NCBI GenBank assembly: GCA_043812155.1
Contig: JBDRMK010000011.1
Coordinates: forward strand, 16,111 to 80,110
Origin: Patescibacteria group bacterium
GTDB lineage: Bacteria > Patescibacteriota > Patescibacteriia > JAXHNJ01
Length of the DNA stretch: 64,000 bases
Reading direction: 5' to 3'
Under the pieces are notes generated by a model. It did no database searches. It saw nothing but the letters and a program-made list of their open reading frames with translations, and was not told where the DNA came from. The position numbers were made by a program, and so were the translations under genes. Below are positions 38,424-47,475 of this stretch, piece by piece; position 1 is the first letter of the stretch; the number at the start of each line of letters is the position of its first letter.

Positions 38424-39815
38424 ATGGATATCAATAGATCTAAAAAAATTCATTTTGTGGGCATCTGCGGTATCGGCCTTTCCGGGTTAGCCACTATTTG
38501 TTTAGAAATTGGCAAAATAGTCAGCGGATCGGATATTTCCGAATCAATCGTAACCGAAGGATTGCGGAAAGCCGGCGCGAAAATTATCATCGGCAAACAA
38601 AAAGAAAGCAATGTGCCGGATGATATTGATCTATTAGTCTATTCCAATGCCGTGCCAAAAGACAATCCGGAAAGAAAGAAAGCCGTTAAAATGGGAGTGG
38701 ATCAATTAAGCTATCCGCAAGCTTTAGGTCAGCTCACCCGCGACAAGAAATTGATCTGCATTTCCGGCACTCACGGCAAAACCACGACCACAGCCATGGC
38801 GGTTTCGGTCTTCAAAGCGGCCGGTTTTGACGCTTCATTTATCGTCGGCTCTTATCTGCAAGAAATCGGCGGCAATGCCCATTGGGGTCAAAGCGAATAT
38901 TTTATCATTGAAGCCGATGAATACAGCCGGGCCATGCTGAATTATTTTCCAGATTATCTTATTTTGACCAATATTGAGGCCGATCATTTGGACACTTATA
39001 AAAATATCAATGACATAAAAGATACATTCAGAAAATATTTAAGCAATCTAAGCGGTTCAGGCGCTTTAGTCGCCAACATTGAGGACAAGAACATAAAAGA
39101 AATTTCAAGCGCTTGCCAGGCGAAAATATTATATTACGGCCTGAAGCATGGCGATATCAAGCCGGCCTGGCTTGCTTCCGCGAAAAAAGGCTGTTCATTC
39201 GGCCTTGGCAAGATACAAATTAACTTATCCGTACCGGGCTTGCATAACGTATCCAACGCTTTAGGGGTGTTCGCCTTGGCCAAGTCTTTGGGTATTGAAG
39301 AAAAATTAATAAAAAAGGGTTTGGAGGATTTTAAAGGGACCTGGCGCCGTTTTGAACATATCGGCGATTTCAATAATCTGCCCGTAATTTCCGACTACGC
39401 CCATCATCCCACCGAGATCAGGGCTTTACTGTCCGCGGCCAGACAAGTGTATCCGAAAAAAAGAATCGTCATTATTTTCCAACCCCACCAGCATAACCGC
39501 ACCAAAAATTTATTCAAGGAATTTACCAAATGCTTTGATCAGGCGGATCTGATTATTCTTAATGAGATTTTTGACGTGGCCGGAAGGGAAGGCGGCGACG
39601 ATCAGGATGTTTCTTCGCAAGATCTGGTCAGAGAGATTAAAAAAAGGAACCGCTGGCGCTTATTTTTTGAAAAGTTTAAAAAGGAGGTTTATTACGCCAA
39701 GGATTTGAAAGAGTCCGAAGAGATGATCCGGAAGATGGCAAAAAGAAAAGACGTGTTACTGATCGCCGGCGCGGGCGAGATTTATAAAGTGGGGAAAAAG
39801 CTTACAAATAGTTAA
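38424..39815 (+). CDS. murC: UDP-N-acetylmuramate--L-alanine ligase
   Basis: ..IHFVGICGIGLSGLA.., ..ISGTHGKTTTTAM.. Confidence 0.85.
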   Translation: MDINRSKKIHFVGICGIGLSGLATICLEIGKIVSGSDISESIVTEGLRKAGAKIIIGKQKESNVPDDIDLLVYSNAVPKDNPERKKAVKMGVDQLSYPQALGQLTRDKKLICISGTHGKTTTTAMAVSVFKAAGFDASFIVGSYLQEIGGNAHWGQSEYFIIEADEYSRAMLNYFPDYLILTNIEADHLDTYKNINDIKDTFRKYLSNLSGSGALVANIEDKNIKEISSACQAKILYYGLKHGDIKPAWLASAKKGCSFGLGKIQINLSVPGLHNVSNALGVFALAKSLGIEEKLIKKGLEDFKGTWRRFEHIGDFNNLPVISDYAHHPTEIRALLSAARQVYPKKRIVIIFQPHQHNRTKNLFKEFTKCFDQADLIILNEIFDVAGREGGDDQDVSSQDLVREIKKRNRWRLFFEKFKKEVYYAKDLKESEEMIRKMAKRKDVLLIAGAGEIYKVGKKLTNS

Positions 39816-39821
39816 CTGTCA

Positions 39822-39840
39822 TTCCGGACTTGGTCCGGAA
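39822..39840 (+). terminator. perfect 8-bp hairpin TTCCGGACttgGTCCGGAA followed by second hairpin TCTCAT..ATGAGA
   Basis: seen in sequence, no U-run. Confidence 0.3.
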
Positions 39841-39912
39841 TCTCATATATGATAATGAGATCCTGAGACCACGCCAGAGGCGGGCAGGCAAGTTCAGGAT
39901 GACAAATAAAAA

Positions 39913-40647
39913 ATGACGAATAAAAGAAAAATATATATCGGCACTTCCGGCTGGCAGTATAAACACTGGTACGAGGTTTTTTATCCGGAAGACGTTAAGT
40001 CTGATGGCTTGCTCCAATATTACAGCCAGCATTTTAAGAGCGTGGAATTAAACGCTTCTTTTTATCATTTGCCGAAACCGGAAGTTTTTCAAGGCTGGTA
40101 CAAAAAAACTCCGAATGACTTTCTTTTTAGCGTCAAAGCCAGTCGTTATATCACCCATATTAAAAAATTAAGAGACTTTGAAGAGGGCGGGACGCGATTT
40201 ATTGAGGCCGCCAAGGAATTAAAAGAAAAGCTGGGCCCTATCCTTTTCCAATTGCCGCCTTTTTTAAAAGCGAATAAAGAAGTTCTAGAAACGGCTATAA
40301 AAATATTGCCAAAAGATTATAAATACGCTTTTGAATTCCGGCATGGAAGCTGGTTTACACCGGAGATTTATGATATTCTGAAAAAGCATAATGTCGCTTT
40401 AGTGATGGCGGATTCCCCAAATTTTCCTTTGAAAAAAGAAATCACCGCCGACTTTATTTATCTTCGCTTTCATGGTTCAAAAAGTCTGTACGGTTCAAAA
40501 TATACGGAAGAAGAATTAAACTCCTGGGCCAAAGACATTATGGCTTGGCAAAAGCAGGGGATGGATATATACGCTTATTTCAACAATGACGCGGAAGGGT
40601 ATGCGGTGGAAAACGCAAAGCAGTTAGAAAATTTATTGTCACCCTGA
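39913..40647 (+). CDS. DUF72 (YecE/UPF0759) family protein
   Basis: ..IYIGTSGWQYKHWYEVFYP.. family signature. Confidence 0.75.
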   Translation: MTNKRKIYIGTSGWQYKHWYEVFYPEDVKSDGLLQYYSQHFKSVELNASFYHLPKPEVFQGWYKKTPNDFLFSVKASRYITHIKKLRDFEEGGTRFIEAAKELKEKLGPILFQLPPFLKANKEVLETAIKILPKDYKYAFEFRHGSWFTPEIYDILKKHNVALVMADSPNFPLKKEITADFIYLRFHGSKSLYGSKYTEEELNSWAKDIMAWQKQGMDIYAYFNNDAEGYAVENAKQLENLLSP

Positions 40648-40670
40648 GGTGCGCAGCCTCGAAGGGTGAC
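40637..40670 (+). repeat. palindromic repeat TGTCACCCTGAGGTGCGCAGCCTCGAAGGGTGAC overlapping DUF72 stop codon
   Basis: stem GTCACCCT/AGGGTGAC; inverted copy at 11868-11910. Confidence 0.45.
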
Positions 40671-40813
40671 CTATTAAGAAAATTACTGCTATACTTCGAG
40701 GTCATTCGCTGCCGCTCATGACACCTCATTATGACAGTTTGCGGGGAAGGGCGGTGGAAAATGCACGGAAGATGATTGAGATATTGAGCTATTAAAATAT
40801 TAAATTTTTATTC

Positions 40814-40842
40814 TTGACGACTAAATACATATCCATTAAGAT
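40814..40842 (+). promoter_or_regulatory. sigma70-like promoter TTGACG-17-TAAGAT for island 2
   Basis: seen in sequence. Confidence 0.4.
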
Positions 40843-40889
40843 AACGGAATAATCAGAATTTTGCACCTTATCAACGCGGGAGGAAAATC

Positions 40890-41135
40890 ATGGCTATTGA
40901 GGATGTTAAATGGGCGATATGGATGGCTGCTGCAATGGCGAGAGGCAAAGAATATAATGGCAAATTCCATCCTCCTTGGCAGGTAACGCCTCGTCATATG
41001 CAGTTGGGTTGTGATTACGATTTTGCTGCCCTTCTCAGCGCTCAGGGTTATAAGGAATTGAAGGCTTTCAAGGCACGCGTGGCCAAAATAAAAGAAAGAC
41101 ACGTGCGGGAAAGGTTGACCGAAAGCGGCAAATAG
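40890..41135 (+). CDS. hypothetical small protein, island 2 gene 1 (SD GGAGG)
   Basis: 81 aa; strong SD; GC ~50%. Confidence 0.4.
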   Translation: MAIEDVKWAIWMAAAMARGKEYNGKFHPPWQVTPRHMQLGCDYDFAALLSAQGYKELKAFKARVAKIKERHVRERLTESGK

Positions 41136-41150
41136 CTCTGGAGGTCGGAG

Positions 41151-41336
41151 ATGTCCAAATTCGTCTGGTCGGCACCCGAGAACACATTTTTTGACCATTT
41201 TGATGAAAATGGTAACCGTCTATTTTCCGAATCACGAATTTTCGGCCGACAGGACAGACGGATTTCAGCCGGTGAATGGAGAAAATTTCTCAAAAGGCTT
41301 CAAACCCTGAAAGCGAGAATAGCCAAGAGGCGTTAA
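41151..41336 (+). CDS. hypothetical small protein, island 2 gene 2 (SD GGAGG)
   Basis: 61 aa; strong SD. Confidence 0.35.
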   Translation: MSKFVWSAPENTFFDHFDENGNRLFSESRIFGRQDRRISAGEWRKFLKRLQTLKARIAKRR

Positions 41337-41368
41337 AATCTGTATTCATTCAACAGTAGGAGGGAACT

Positions 41369-41548
41369 ATGCCCATTATTGAAACGTCATCAGGCGAAAA
41401 ATTGATTGTCTTCCAAGGCGAGTCGCGGAGAACAGAACTTATTTGCGACGAGGCATTACAGGATGCTTTGCGCGGCGAACATGGCGATTACGCTCCTTTC
41501 AAAGAATTCCTGCGAAGAATGCGGAGGTTAAGACTGTCTCAGACTTGA
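41369..41548 (+). CDS. hypothetical small protein, island 2 gene 3 (SD AGGAGG); below ORF-track length cutoff
   Basis: 59 aa MPIIETSSGEKLIVFQGESRR..; strong SD; followed by terminator. Confidence 0.35.
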   Translation: MPIIETSSGEKLIVFQGESRRTELICDEALQDALRGEHGDYAPFKEFLRRMRRLRLSQT

Positions 41549-41586
41549 GATGGCCGAAAAACCAGATTGTTCATCATTCGTTAATC

Positions 41587-41610
41587 GAGCGCTTCGGCGC
41601 TCTTTTTTTA
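41587..41610 (+). terminator. rho-independent terminator GAGCGCttcgGCGCTCTTTTTTT
   Basis: 6-bp GC stem, tetraloop, T8. Confidence 0.7.
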
Positions 41611-41628
41611 TTCCAAAATTTTGTTATA

Positions 41629-42507
41629 ATGATTTTAATGAGCAATATATCAAATGTACAACAAAACATTCCTCTTGCCCCTTACACTACCTTTAAAATC
41701 GGCGGGCCGGCGAAGTTTTTTGCGGTAGTTAAAAATGAAGGGGAAATAATTGAAAGCTTGAAATGGACTAAAGAAAACAAGCAGCCATATTTTATTCTCG
41801 GACACGGAGCCAATATTTTGGTAAGCGATAAGGGGTTTGACGGATTGGTGATTAAAAATGAGATGAGGAGATTAGAGATTAGGGATGAGGAGGTGACAGC
41901 TGACTCCGGCGTAGTGCTTTCAGAGTTGATTGGAAAATGCGCGAGTATGGGTTTGAGCGGCCTGGAATTTTTGGCCGGCGTGCCTTCCACTCTCGGCGGC
42001 GCGATTTTTGGAAACGCGGGGGCGCCGGAAAAAGCGATTGGTAATTTTGTGGTGAGCGCAAGAATTTTGGATAAAGGGTTTAAAGTAAAAGTGCTTAGCA
42101 AGAGTGAATGCGGATTTGGCTATCGCCAGAGTGTTTTTCAAAGTAACGAACTTATTGTTTTGTCGGCCGCTTTAAAAATGGAAAAAGGCAACACCGAAAA
42201 AATCATAGAAAGCATAAAAAATTTGATGCTTAAGAAAAAGGAAACGCAGGACTTGGAGAATCCTTCCGCCGGCTGCGTGTTTAAAAATGCCGATGGATAT
42301 TCCGCCGGCCAGCTGATTGATGAGCTGGGCCTTAAGGGTAAAAAGATCGGGCAGGCGCAAGTTTCGGAGAAGCACGCCAATTACATTATCAATTTAGGCG
42401 GAGCCACCGCAGACCACGTGGTCCAGCTGATAAGTTTTATTAAACAGCAAGTGCGGGATAAAAAAGGCGTGCAACTCCAGGAAGAAATAAAATACATCGG
42501 ATTTTAA
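41629..42507 (+). CDS. murB: UDP-N-acetylenolpyruvoylglucosamine reductase; ORF-track start 41443 rejected (runs through terminator)
   Basis: ..LAPYTTFKIGGPAKFF.. FAD-binding N-terminus; TATAAT at 41625-41630 immediately upstream. Confidence 0.85.
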   Translation: MILMSNISNVQQNIPLAPYTTFKIGGPAKFFAVVKNEGEIIESLKWTKENKQPYFILGHGANILVSDKGFDGLVIKNEMRRLEIRDEEVTADSGVVLSELIGKCASMGLSGLEFLAGVPSTLGGAIFGNAGAPEKAIGNFVVSARILDKGFKVKVLSKSECGFGYRQSVFQSNELIVLSAALKMEKGNTEKIIESIKNLMLKKKETQDLENPSAGCVFKNADGYSAGQLIDELGLKGKKIGQAQVSEKHANYIINLGGATADHVVQLISFIKQQVRDKKGVQLQEEIKYIGF

Positions 42508-42534
42508 AAGTCGAGACACTTCGGTGCGATTCAG

Positions 42535-42573
42535 TGTCAACCCTTCGGCGCGGCTCAGGGTTGACATTTTTTT
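42535..42573 (+). terminator. rho-independent terminator TGTCAACCCttcggcgcggctcAGGGTTGACATTTTTTT
   Basis: 9-bp stem plus T7. Confidence 0.65.
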
Positions 42574-42825
42574 ATAATTGATTTTTTTACTAAAATAAGC
42601 TAAAATAAAAAAGAACTGATTGAAATAAATAGTTGAAACTTATTAGAAATTTTTTTTAAAAAAGTTTTATTATTTCATTTTTTTGGCTCTACGTACTGAA
42701 AAATATAAAATTACATAAATAATAAAAAAAATTATTTAAATTCTAAAAATAATATTTAAAACAATAAAATTGAAATATTTTTGCCAAAATAAGTTATCCA
42801 CAGGATAAATCGAGGAATTAATAAT

Positions 42826-44430
42826 ATGCCAATCTTAGGTGTCCGTTACGGACAAAAAGTCTTGGTCAGCGAGCAGGAAAGCAAGCCAAACGGCAGTCCG
42901 GCTTCTAAAAATGAGGAGAAAAAAGAGGCGGCAGCTAAGCCTGATGAGAAAAAAAATGAAATAAAAGGCAAGGAAGCGCCTTTGGCGAAAAAGAACGGCG
43001 AGGTAAAAAAAGAGGTGAAGGAAGTTGACGGCCGAAATTTGCCGAATGAAAAGAACTTCGCTTCTTTGCGAAAATTCAAAAAGTTCTGGAAGCTCGGGAT
43101 TCAGGAGCTGAATACCGAGTACTTTGATATAAACCAGGACGGGATACTGACCGTGAAAGAGGGGAATAATCAGTATAATATCAAGCAGCTGGTGGATAAA
43201 TACGGCTCGCCGGTGGAAATATACTTTCCTTTTATCCTTGAGGAAAGACTGACCAGCATCATCGATCTGTTTAATTTTTACATCAAATACTTCAAGTATC
43301 GCGGAAAATTCTTTTATCATTATCCGATGAAGGTCAATCAGAACAAGGAGATCATCCTGCCGATCGTCAGCGAAGGCGCCAACCTGGAGGCCAGCTCATA
43401 CAATGAATTATACCTGGTAAAAAAACTCTGGGAGCAGGGGAGCTTTCACGAAAAAATCCGCGTCATTTGCAACGGGCCGAAAACGGAAAAATATCTGGCT
43501 TTAATAGAGGAGTTAAGAAGCAATAATCTATCCATCATCCCGATCATTGAAGACGATAAGGAGCTGGAATTTCTGCAAAAATACAAAGGTGACGTCGGCA
43601 TCCGAGTGGATTTAAGGACGAAGGTGCATTCCTATTGGGATAAGAAGATTAATCGTTACGGTTTTTCCGAGGAAGAGATAAAAAAAATTGGAAAAGTCAG
43701 AAACTTAAAGATTCTTCATTATCATTTAGGTTCGCAGATAGAATATTTAGACGATATTTTTAATTCCGTTAAAAAGGGGATGGAGGTATACGTTCAACTG
43801 AAAAAGAAAAATCCAAGCCTAGACACTTTAGATATCGGCGGCGGACTGCCCATCCCATACGAACGGAAAAAACATTACAGCATTGATAGCCTGGTGAGGA
43901 GAATTATCCGTCATCTTGATTCGGTCGCGGACCAGAAAAAAATACCGCCGCCGGACATCATTTGCGAATGGGGCCGCTTTGTCGCCGCGCCGGCGCAGAT
44001 GACTATTTTTAAAATTTTGTCTTCAAAGCCGATTCCCAAAGGCAACGCCAAAGCCTGGTATGTCATCGACGGGAGTTTTATGAATGATTTAATGGATACT
44101 TGGGCCATCCACCAGTGCTGGCATGTTCTGCCGGTCAATCATCTGAACGCCAGCAAACTCAGCCGTTGCTGGCTGGCGGGCTTGAGCTGCGATACCGATG
44201 ATAAATATATCGCTCATGGCCATTATGTTTTATTGCCGAAATTATCCAATTTGGCGGAAGGAGAGAGTCTCTATGTCGCTTTTCTTGACACCGGCGCCTA
44301 TCAGAACGCGTTGGCTTCACACCATTGTCTTCTTTCCTGGCCGGCCAGGCTCTTGGCGCAGAACGGCGAAGTAAGGCAGATCCGCCGTCATGAAACACCG
44401 GATGACGTGGGAAAAATATACGGCTGGTAA
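42826..44430 (+). CDS. speA: biosynthetic arginine decarboxylase (PLP, fold type III) with ~100-aa K/E-rich N-terminal extension
   Basis: ..YPMKVNQ.., ..LEASSYNEL.., ..HYHLGSQ.., ..DIGGGLPIPY.. SpeA hallmarks. Confidence 0.7.
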   Translation: MPILGVRYGQKVLVSEQESKPNGSPASKNEEKKEAAAKPDEKKNEIKGKEAPLAKKNGEVKKEVKEVDGRNLPNEKNFASLRKFKKFWKLGIQELNTEYFDINQDGILTVKEGNNQYNIKQLVDKYGSPVEIYFPFILEERLTSIIDLFNFYIKYFKYRGKFFYHYPMKVNQNKEIILPIVSEGANLEASSYNELYLVKKLWEQGSFHEKIRVICNGPKTEKYLALIEELRSNNLSIIPIIEDDKELEFLQKYKGDVGIRVDLRTKVHSYWDKKINRYGFSEEEIKKIGKVRNLKILHYHLGSQIEYLDDIFNSVKKGMEVYVQLKKKNPSLDTLDIGGGLPIPYERKKHYSIDSLVRRIIRHLDSVADQKKIPPPDIICEWGRFVAAPAQMTIFKILSSKPIPKGNAKAWYVIDGSFMNDLMDTWAIHQCWHVLPVNHLNASKLSRCWLAGLSCDTDDKYIAHGHYVLLPKLSNLAEGESLYVAFLDTGAYQNALASHHCLLSWPARLLAQNGEVRQIRRHETPDDVGKIYGW

Positions 44431-44444
44431 TTAATATACTATTT

Positions 44445-45581
44445 ATGGTTAATGCCGAAAAAAAGAAAATATTAGGCGGCAAGCACGAGGCCAGAAACGG
44501 TTTTGCCGACGGTTTTATGCCTTTGGAATCCCTGGATCTCTCAAAAATAAAGGACGCGGACGAAATGCTGCAGGCAATGAGCAAGACTTCTTTTGCCGGC
44601 CGGGGCTTGGGCGAAGCGGCTGATGTTTTATATGAAATGATCACCGATCCCGATTGTTTCGTGGTGGCCACTTTTTCCGGGGCGATGACGGTGGCCAAAA
44701 TGAGTTTAGTGATCTGCGATATGATAGATTATGGTTTAATTAATGCAGTGGTTTCCACCGGTGCCTTGATGGCCCATGGTTTGGTGGAAACGACCGGCCA
44801 GACCCATTTTAAGTATAATTTTGAGTATAACGATGATGACCTGGGTTTTGCCGGTTATGACCGCGTATATGACACCCTGGAATTGGAAACGAATCTGGAT
44901 AATCTGGAAAATATTGTCCGCCAGGTTTTTACAAGTCTGTCCCCGGAAGAAAAAGTCAGCAGCCGCGTATTAAACGAAAAACTTGGTGAATATCTGATTA
45001 AGAAATCCAAGCAGCGGGGAATCGTTAAATCTGCCCGTGAGAAAAATGTTCCGATCTATATCCCGGCTTTTTCTGATTCTGAGTTGGGTCTTGATTTTGC
45101 CTTGTTCAACCGCCGGCAGAAAATTGACGGCAAAAAAACCTTGACCTTTGATCCTTTTCTTGATCTGGAACATTTCGCGGAAACGATCTTAAAACAGAAA
45201 AAAATCGGCATCTTTACCATCGGCGGCGGCGTGCCGCGCAATTGGGCCCAGCAAGTCGCCCCTTATCTTGATCTGATCCGTTACCGTATCGTCACGAATT
45301 CCGACCCGAAAAGATATTATGCTGATAAAAAAGACCCGTACATCAAAGAATACACTTACGGAGTAAGGATCTGCCCGGAGCCGGTTAATTGGGGCGGACT
45401 TTCCGGCTGCACTTATTCCGAAGGGGTTTCCTGGGGAAAATTCAAGGACCCGCGCAAAGGCGGGAAATTCGCCGAAGTCTTATGCGATGCCACCGCCGTC
45501 TGGCCTCTACTTGTAAAAGGAACTTTGGAAAGATTGAAAAAGAATAAGATAAAGATCAGCAAAAAAATTGAATACGCCTAA
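44445..45581 (+). CDS. deoxyhypusine synthase-like / homospermidine synthase-like enzyme
   Basis: ..VSTGALMAHG.., ..GGGVPRNW.., and ..VSWGKF.. containing the DHS catalytic Lys motif SWGK. Confidence 0.6.
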   Translation: MVNAEKKKILGGKHEARNGFADGFMPLESLDLSKIKDADEMLQAMSKTSFAGRGLGEAADVLYEMITDPDCFVVATFSGAMTVAKMSLVICDMIDYGLINAVVSTGALMAHGLVETTGQTHFKYNFEYNDDDLGFAGYDRVYDTLELETNLDNLENIVRQVFTSLSPEEKVSSRVLNEKLGEYLIKKSKQRGIVKSAREKNVPIYIPAFSDSELGLDFALFNRRQKIDGKKTLTFDPFLDLEHFAETILKQKKIGIFTIGGGVPRNWAQQVAPYLDLIRYRIVTNSDPKRYYADKKDPYIKEYTYGVRICPEPVNWGGLSGCTYSEGVSWGKFKDPRKGGKFAEVLCDATAVWPLLVKGTLERLKKNKIKISKKIEYA

Positions 45582-46470
45582 AATATTTATGAAAAAACTA
45601 TACGAATTATATCCTTATAACTTCGGCCAGGTTTATGGCCAAAGTTTGGAAAAAGCAAAAATTTGCGTTATTCCGGTTCCTTATGAAGCCACGCTTTCTT
45701 ACCAGGCCGGCGCCGGAAGGGGTCCGGCTGCCATTATTGAAGCTTCGCGCCATCTTGATGAAATGTGGGATTCTTTGAAAGAAGGGGAGCTTTCTGGTTT
45801 TAAAACTTCGGATGTTTATACTTTTGATGAGGTTATTTTATCAAAAAATTCCGTCATAGAGGCTTTAAAATGTTTGGAGCAGTTTATCAGCGAAGAAGTG
45901 GTAAAGAAAGAAAAATTTCCCTTAGTATTAGGCGGCGAGCATTCACTGACTTTTCCGGCCGTTAAAGCGTTAAAAAGAAAATACAAAGATCTGTCCGTTC
46001 TTCATTTTGACGCGCATACTGATCTGCTTAACAGCTTTGAAGATTCAAAGTATAATCACGCCTGCGTTATGCGGAGAATTCATGAGTTAAATATAAAAAC
46101 CGTGTCCATCGGGATTCGCAATATAAATTACGCGGTCACAGATTATCTTAAAAAGAGGAGGTCAAAGAACGTATATTATATGCCGGAAATTCCCGGCTTA
46201 GAAAAGATATTAAAGGCATTGTCAAAAAACGTTTATCTCACTTTTGATCTTGACGCTTTTGATCCATCCATCATGCCTTCGGTCGGCACGCCGGAACCGG
46301 GCGGTCTTTTCTGGTGGCCGACCATTGAATTGCTGAATAAAATCATCCCAAAAGTGAATCTAGTCGGCGCGGACGTCATGGAATTAAAACCGATTCCGGG
46401 CCTGGAAGCCCCGAATTTTCTGGCCGCCAAACTCGTCTATCATATCATTAGAGCCAAATTAACTTCGTAA
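45568..46470 (+). CDS. speB: agmatinase (ureohydrolase family)
   Basis: ..LHFDAHTDL.., ..SVGTPEPGGL.. arginase-family Mn-binding motifs. Confidence 0.8.
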   Translation: MNTPKIFMKKLYELYPYNFGQVYGQSLEKAKICVIPVPYEATLSYQAGAGRGPAAIIEASRHLDEMWDSLKEGELSGFKTSDVYTFDEVILSKNSVIEALKCLEQFISEEVVKKEKFPLVLGGEHSLTFPAVKALKRKYKDLSVLHFDAHTDLLNSFEDSKYNHACVMRRIHELNIKTVSIGIRNINYAVTDYLKKRRSKNVYYMPEIPGLEKILKALSKNVYLTFDLDAFDPSIMPSVGTPEPGGLFWWPTIELLNKIIPKVNLVGADVMELKPIPGLEAPNFLAAKLVYHIIRAKLTS

Positions 46471-46850
46471 TGCTAACATTAAAAGAAAAAAAGAAAATAA
46501 AAGAATTTCACGGTCATATCGGGCCGTGGGTGGTCACTGGTTTTACTTTAGGAAAGCTGGCCAAAAAATATATAAAAGGCTTGAAAACAATAAATATCTT
46601 AAATCCTTTGTTTCCGCCGAAATCATGTTTGATTGATGGCTTACAGCTTTCTTCGGGACTGACCATCGGCCGCGGCGAAGTCAGATTAAAAAAAAGCCCT
46701 CAGTTAGTTATTACTTTTATTGGTCAGATTGACGAGATAAAAATCGTATTAAAAAGTGAAATGGTAAGAATAATTCAGGGTTTCGAGCATAATAATCTTA
46801 AAAAACTCTCATATTATATCGGCAACACTTATATAAAATTTTTTGAGTGA
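46470..46850 (+). CDS. FmdE/FwdE-family domain protein
   Basis: ..EFHGHIGPWVVTGFTLGK.. resembles FmdE N-terminal HGH motif; TAATG coupling to speB. Confidence 0.4.
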   Translation: MLTLKEKKKIKEFHGHIGPWVVTGFTLGKLAKKYIKGLKTINILNPLFPPKSCLIDGLQLSSGLTIGRGEVRLKKSPQLVITFIGQIDEIKIVLKSEMVRIIQGFEHNNLKKLSYYIGNTYIKFFE

Positions 46851-46877
46851 TAGATTTACTAATTAACGATTATAAAT

Positions 46878-47414
46878 ATGCATATGAACGAACAAACAAA
46901 TATATTAGAAAGAGCAATCATAAAAGTAACTGTTTTAAAGCAAATCATGTTCATCGTGATTTTTACCGCCTTAAGCGTCGCTCTGCCCTGGTTTTGCCAC
47001 CAGTTTAATTTGGCCGGTCCGATTTTTTTACCGATGCACTTTTTTGTTCTGATGGCCGGTCTGCTTTTCGGCTGGCGAGTGGGCCTTATCACGGGTTTGC
47101 TGACCCCCCTGGCAAGTTATGCCTTTTCCGGTATGCCGATTGTCGCAATTTTACCCGTTATCATTCTGGAAGTGATGGCCTACGGTTTTTTCGCCGGATG
47201 GTTGCGGGAAAAAAAAATGGATCTATGGCTGACCTTAATTCTGGCCTTGGTATTCGGAAAAACAGTTTTGTTTTTCAGCGCCTGGATATTTATGCCGGTA
47301 AACCCAGCGAATTACCTTTTTACCGCCGTAAAAACCGGCTTGCCGGGAATTCTCATTCAATTGGCCTTGCTGCCTTTCTTGGTTAAAACCGTGCAAAAAT
47401 ATTTCGCCAAATAA
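46878..47414 (+). CDS. hypothetical polytopic membrane protein (possible transporter substrate-binding component)
   Basis: 5 TM helices, 178 aa. Confidence 0.3.
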   Translation: MHMNEQTNILERAIIKVTVLKQIMFIVIFTALSVALPWFCHQFNLAGPIFLPMHFFVLMAGLLFGWRVGLITGLLTPLASYAFSGMPIVAILPVIILEVMAYGFFAGWLREKKMDLWLTLILALVFGKTVLFFSAWIFMPVNPANYLFTAVKTGLPGILIQLALLPFLVKTVQKYFAK

Positions 47415-47475
47415 GTATAAGGAAGGGGGGCCAGCTAAACTGGCCTCTTTTCTTATTTTTTGCTACAATAAGCCC

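Noticed and set aside
40836-41293. Minus-strand ORFs (120 aa and 81 aa) across island 2
   Set aside because: No SD or promoter context, and composition looks antisense-like. The three plus-strand ORFs each have a strong SD and a shared promoter and terminator.
41443-41628. ORF-track start of murB at 41443
   Set aside because: The extension runs through the island-2 terminator hairpin and adds non-MurB sequence. The conserved MurB N-terminus begins at 41629/41638.
42835-43320. 161-aa and 77-aa minus-strand ORFs inside speA 5' region
   Set aside because: Antisense of the K/E-rich low-complexity extension produces F/L-rich pseudo-ORFs. No independent support.
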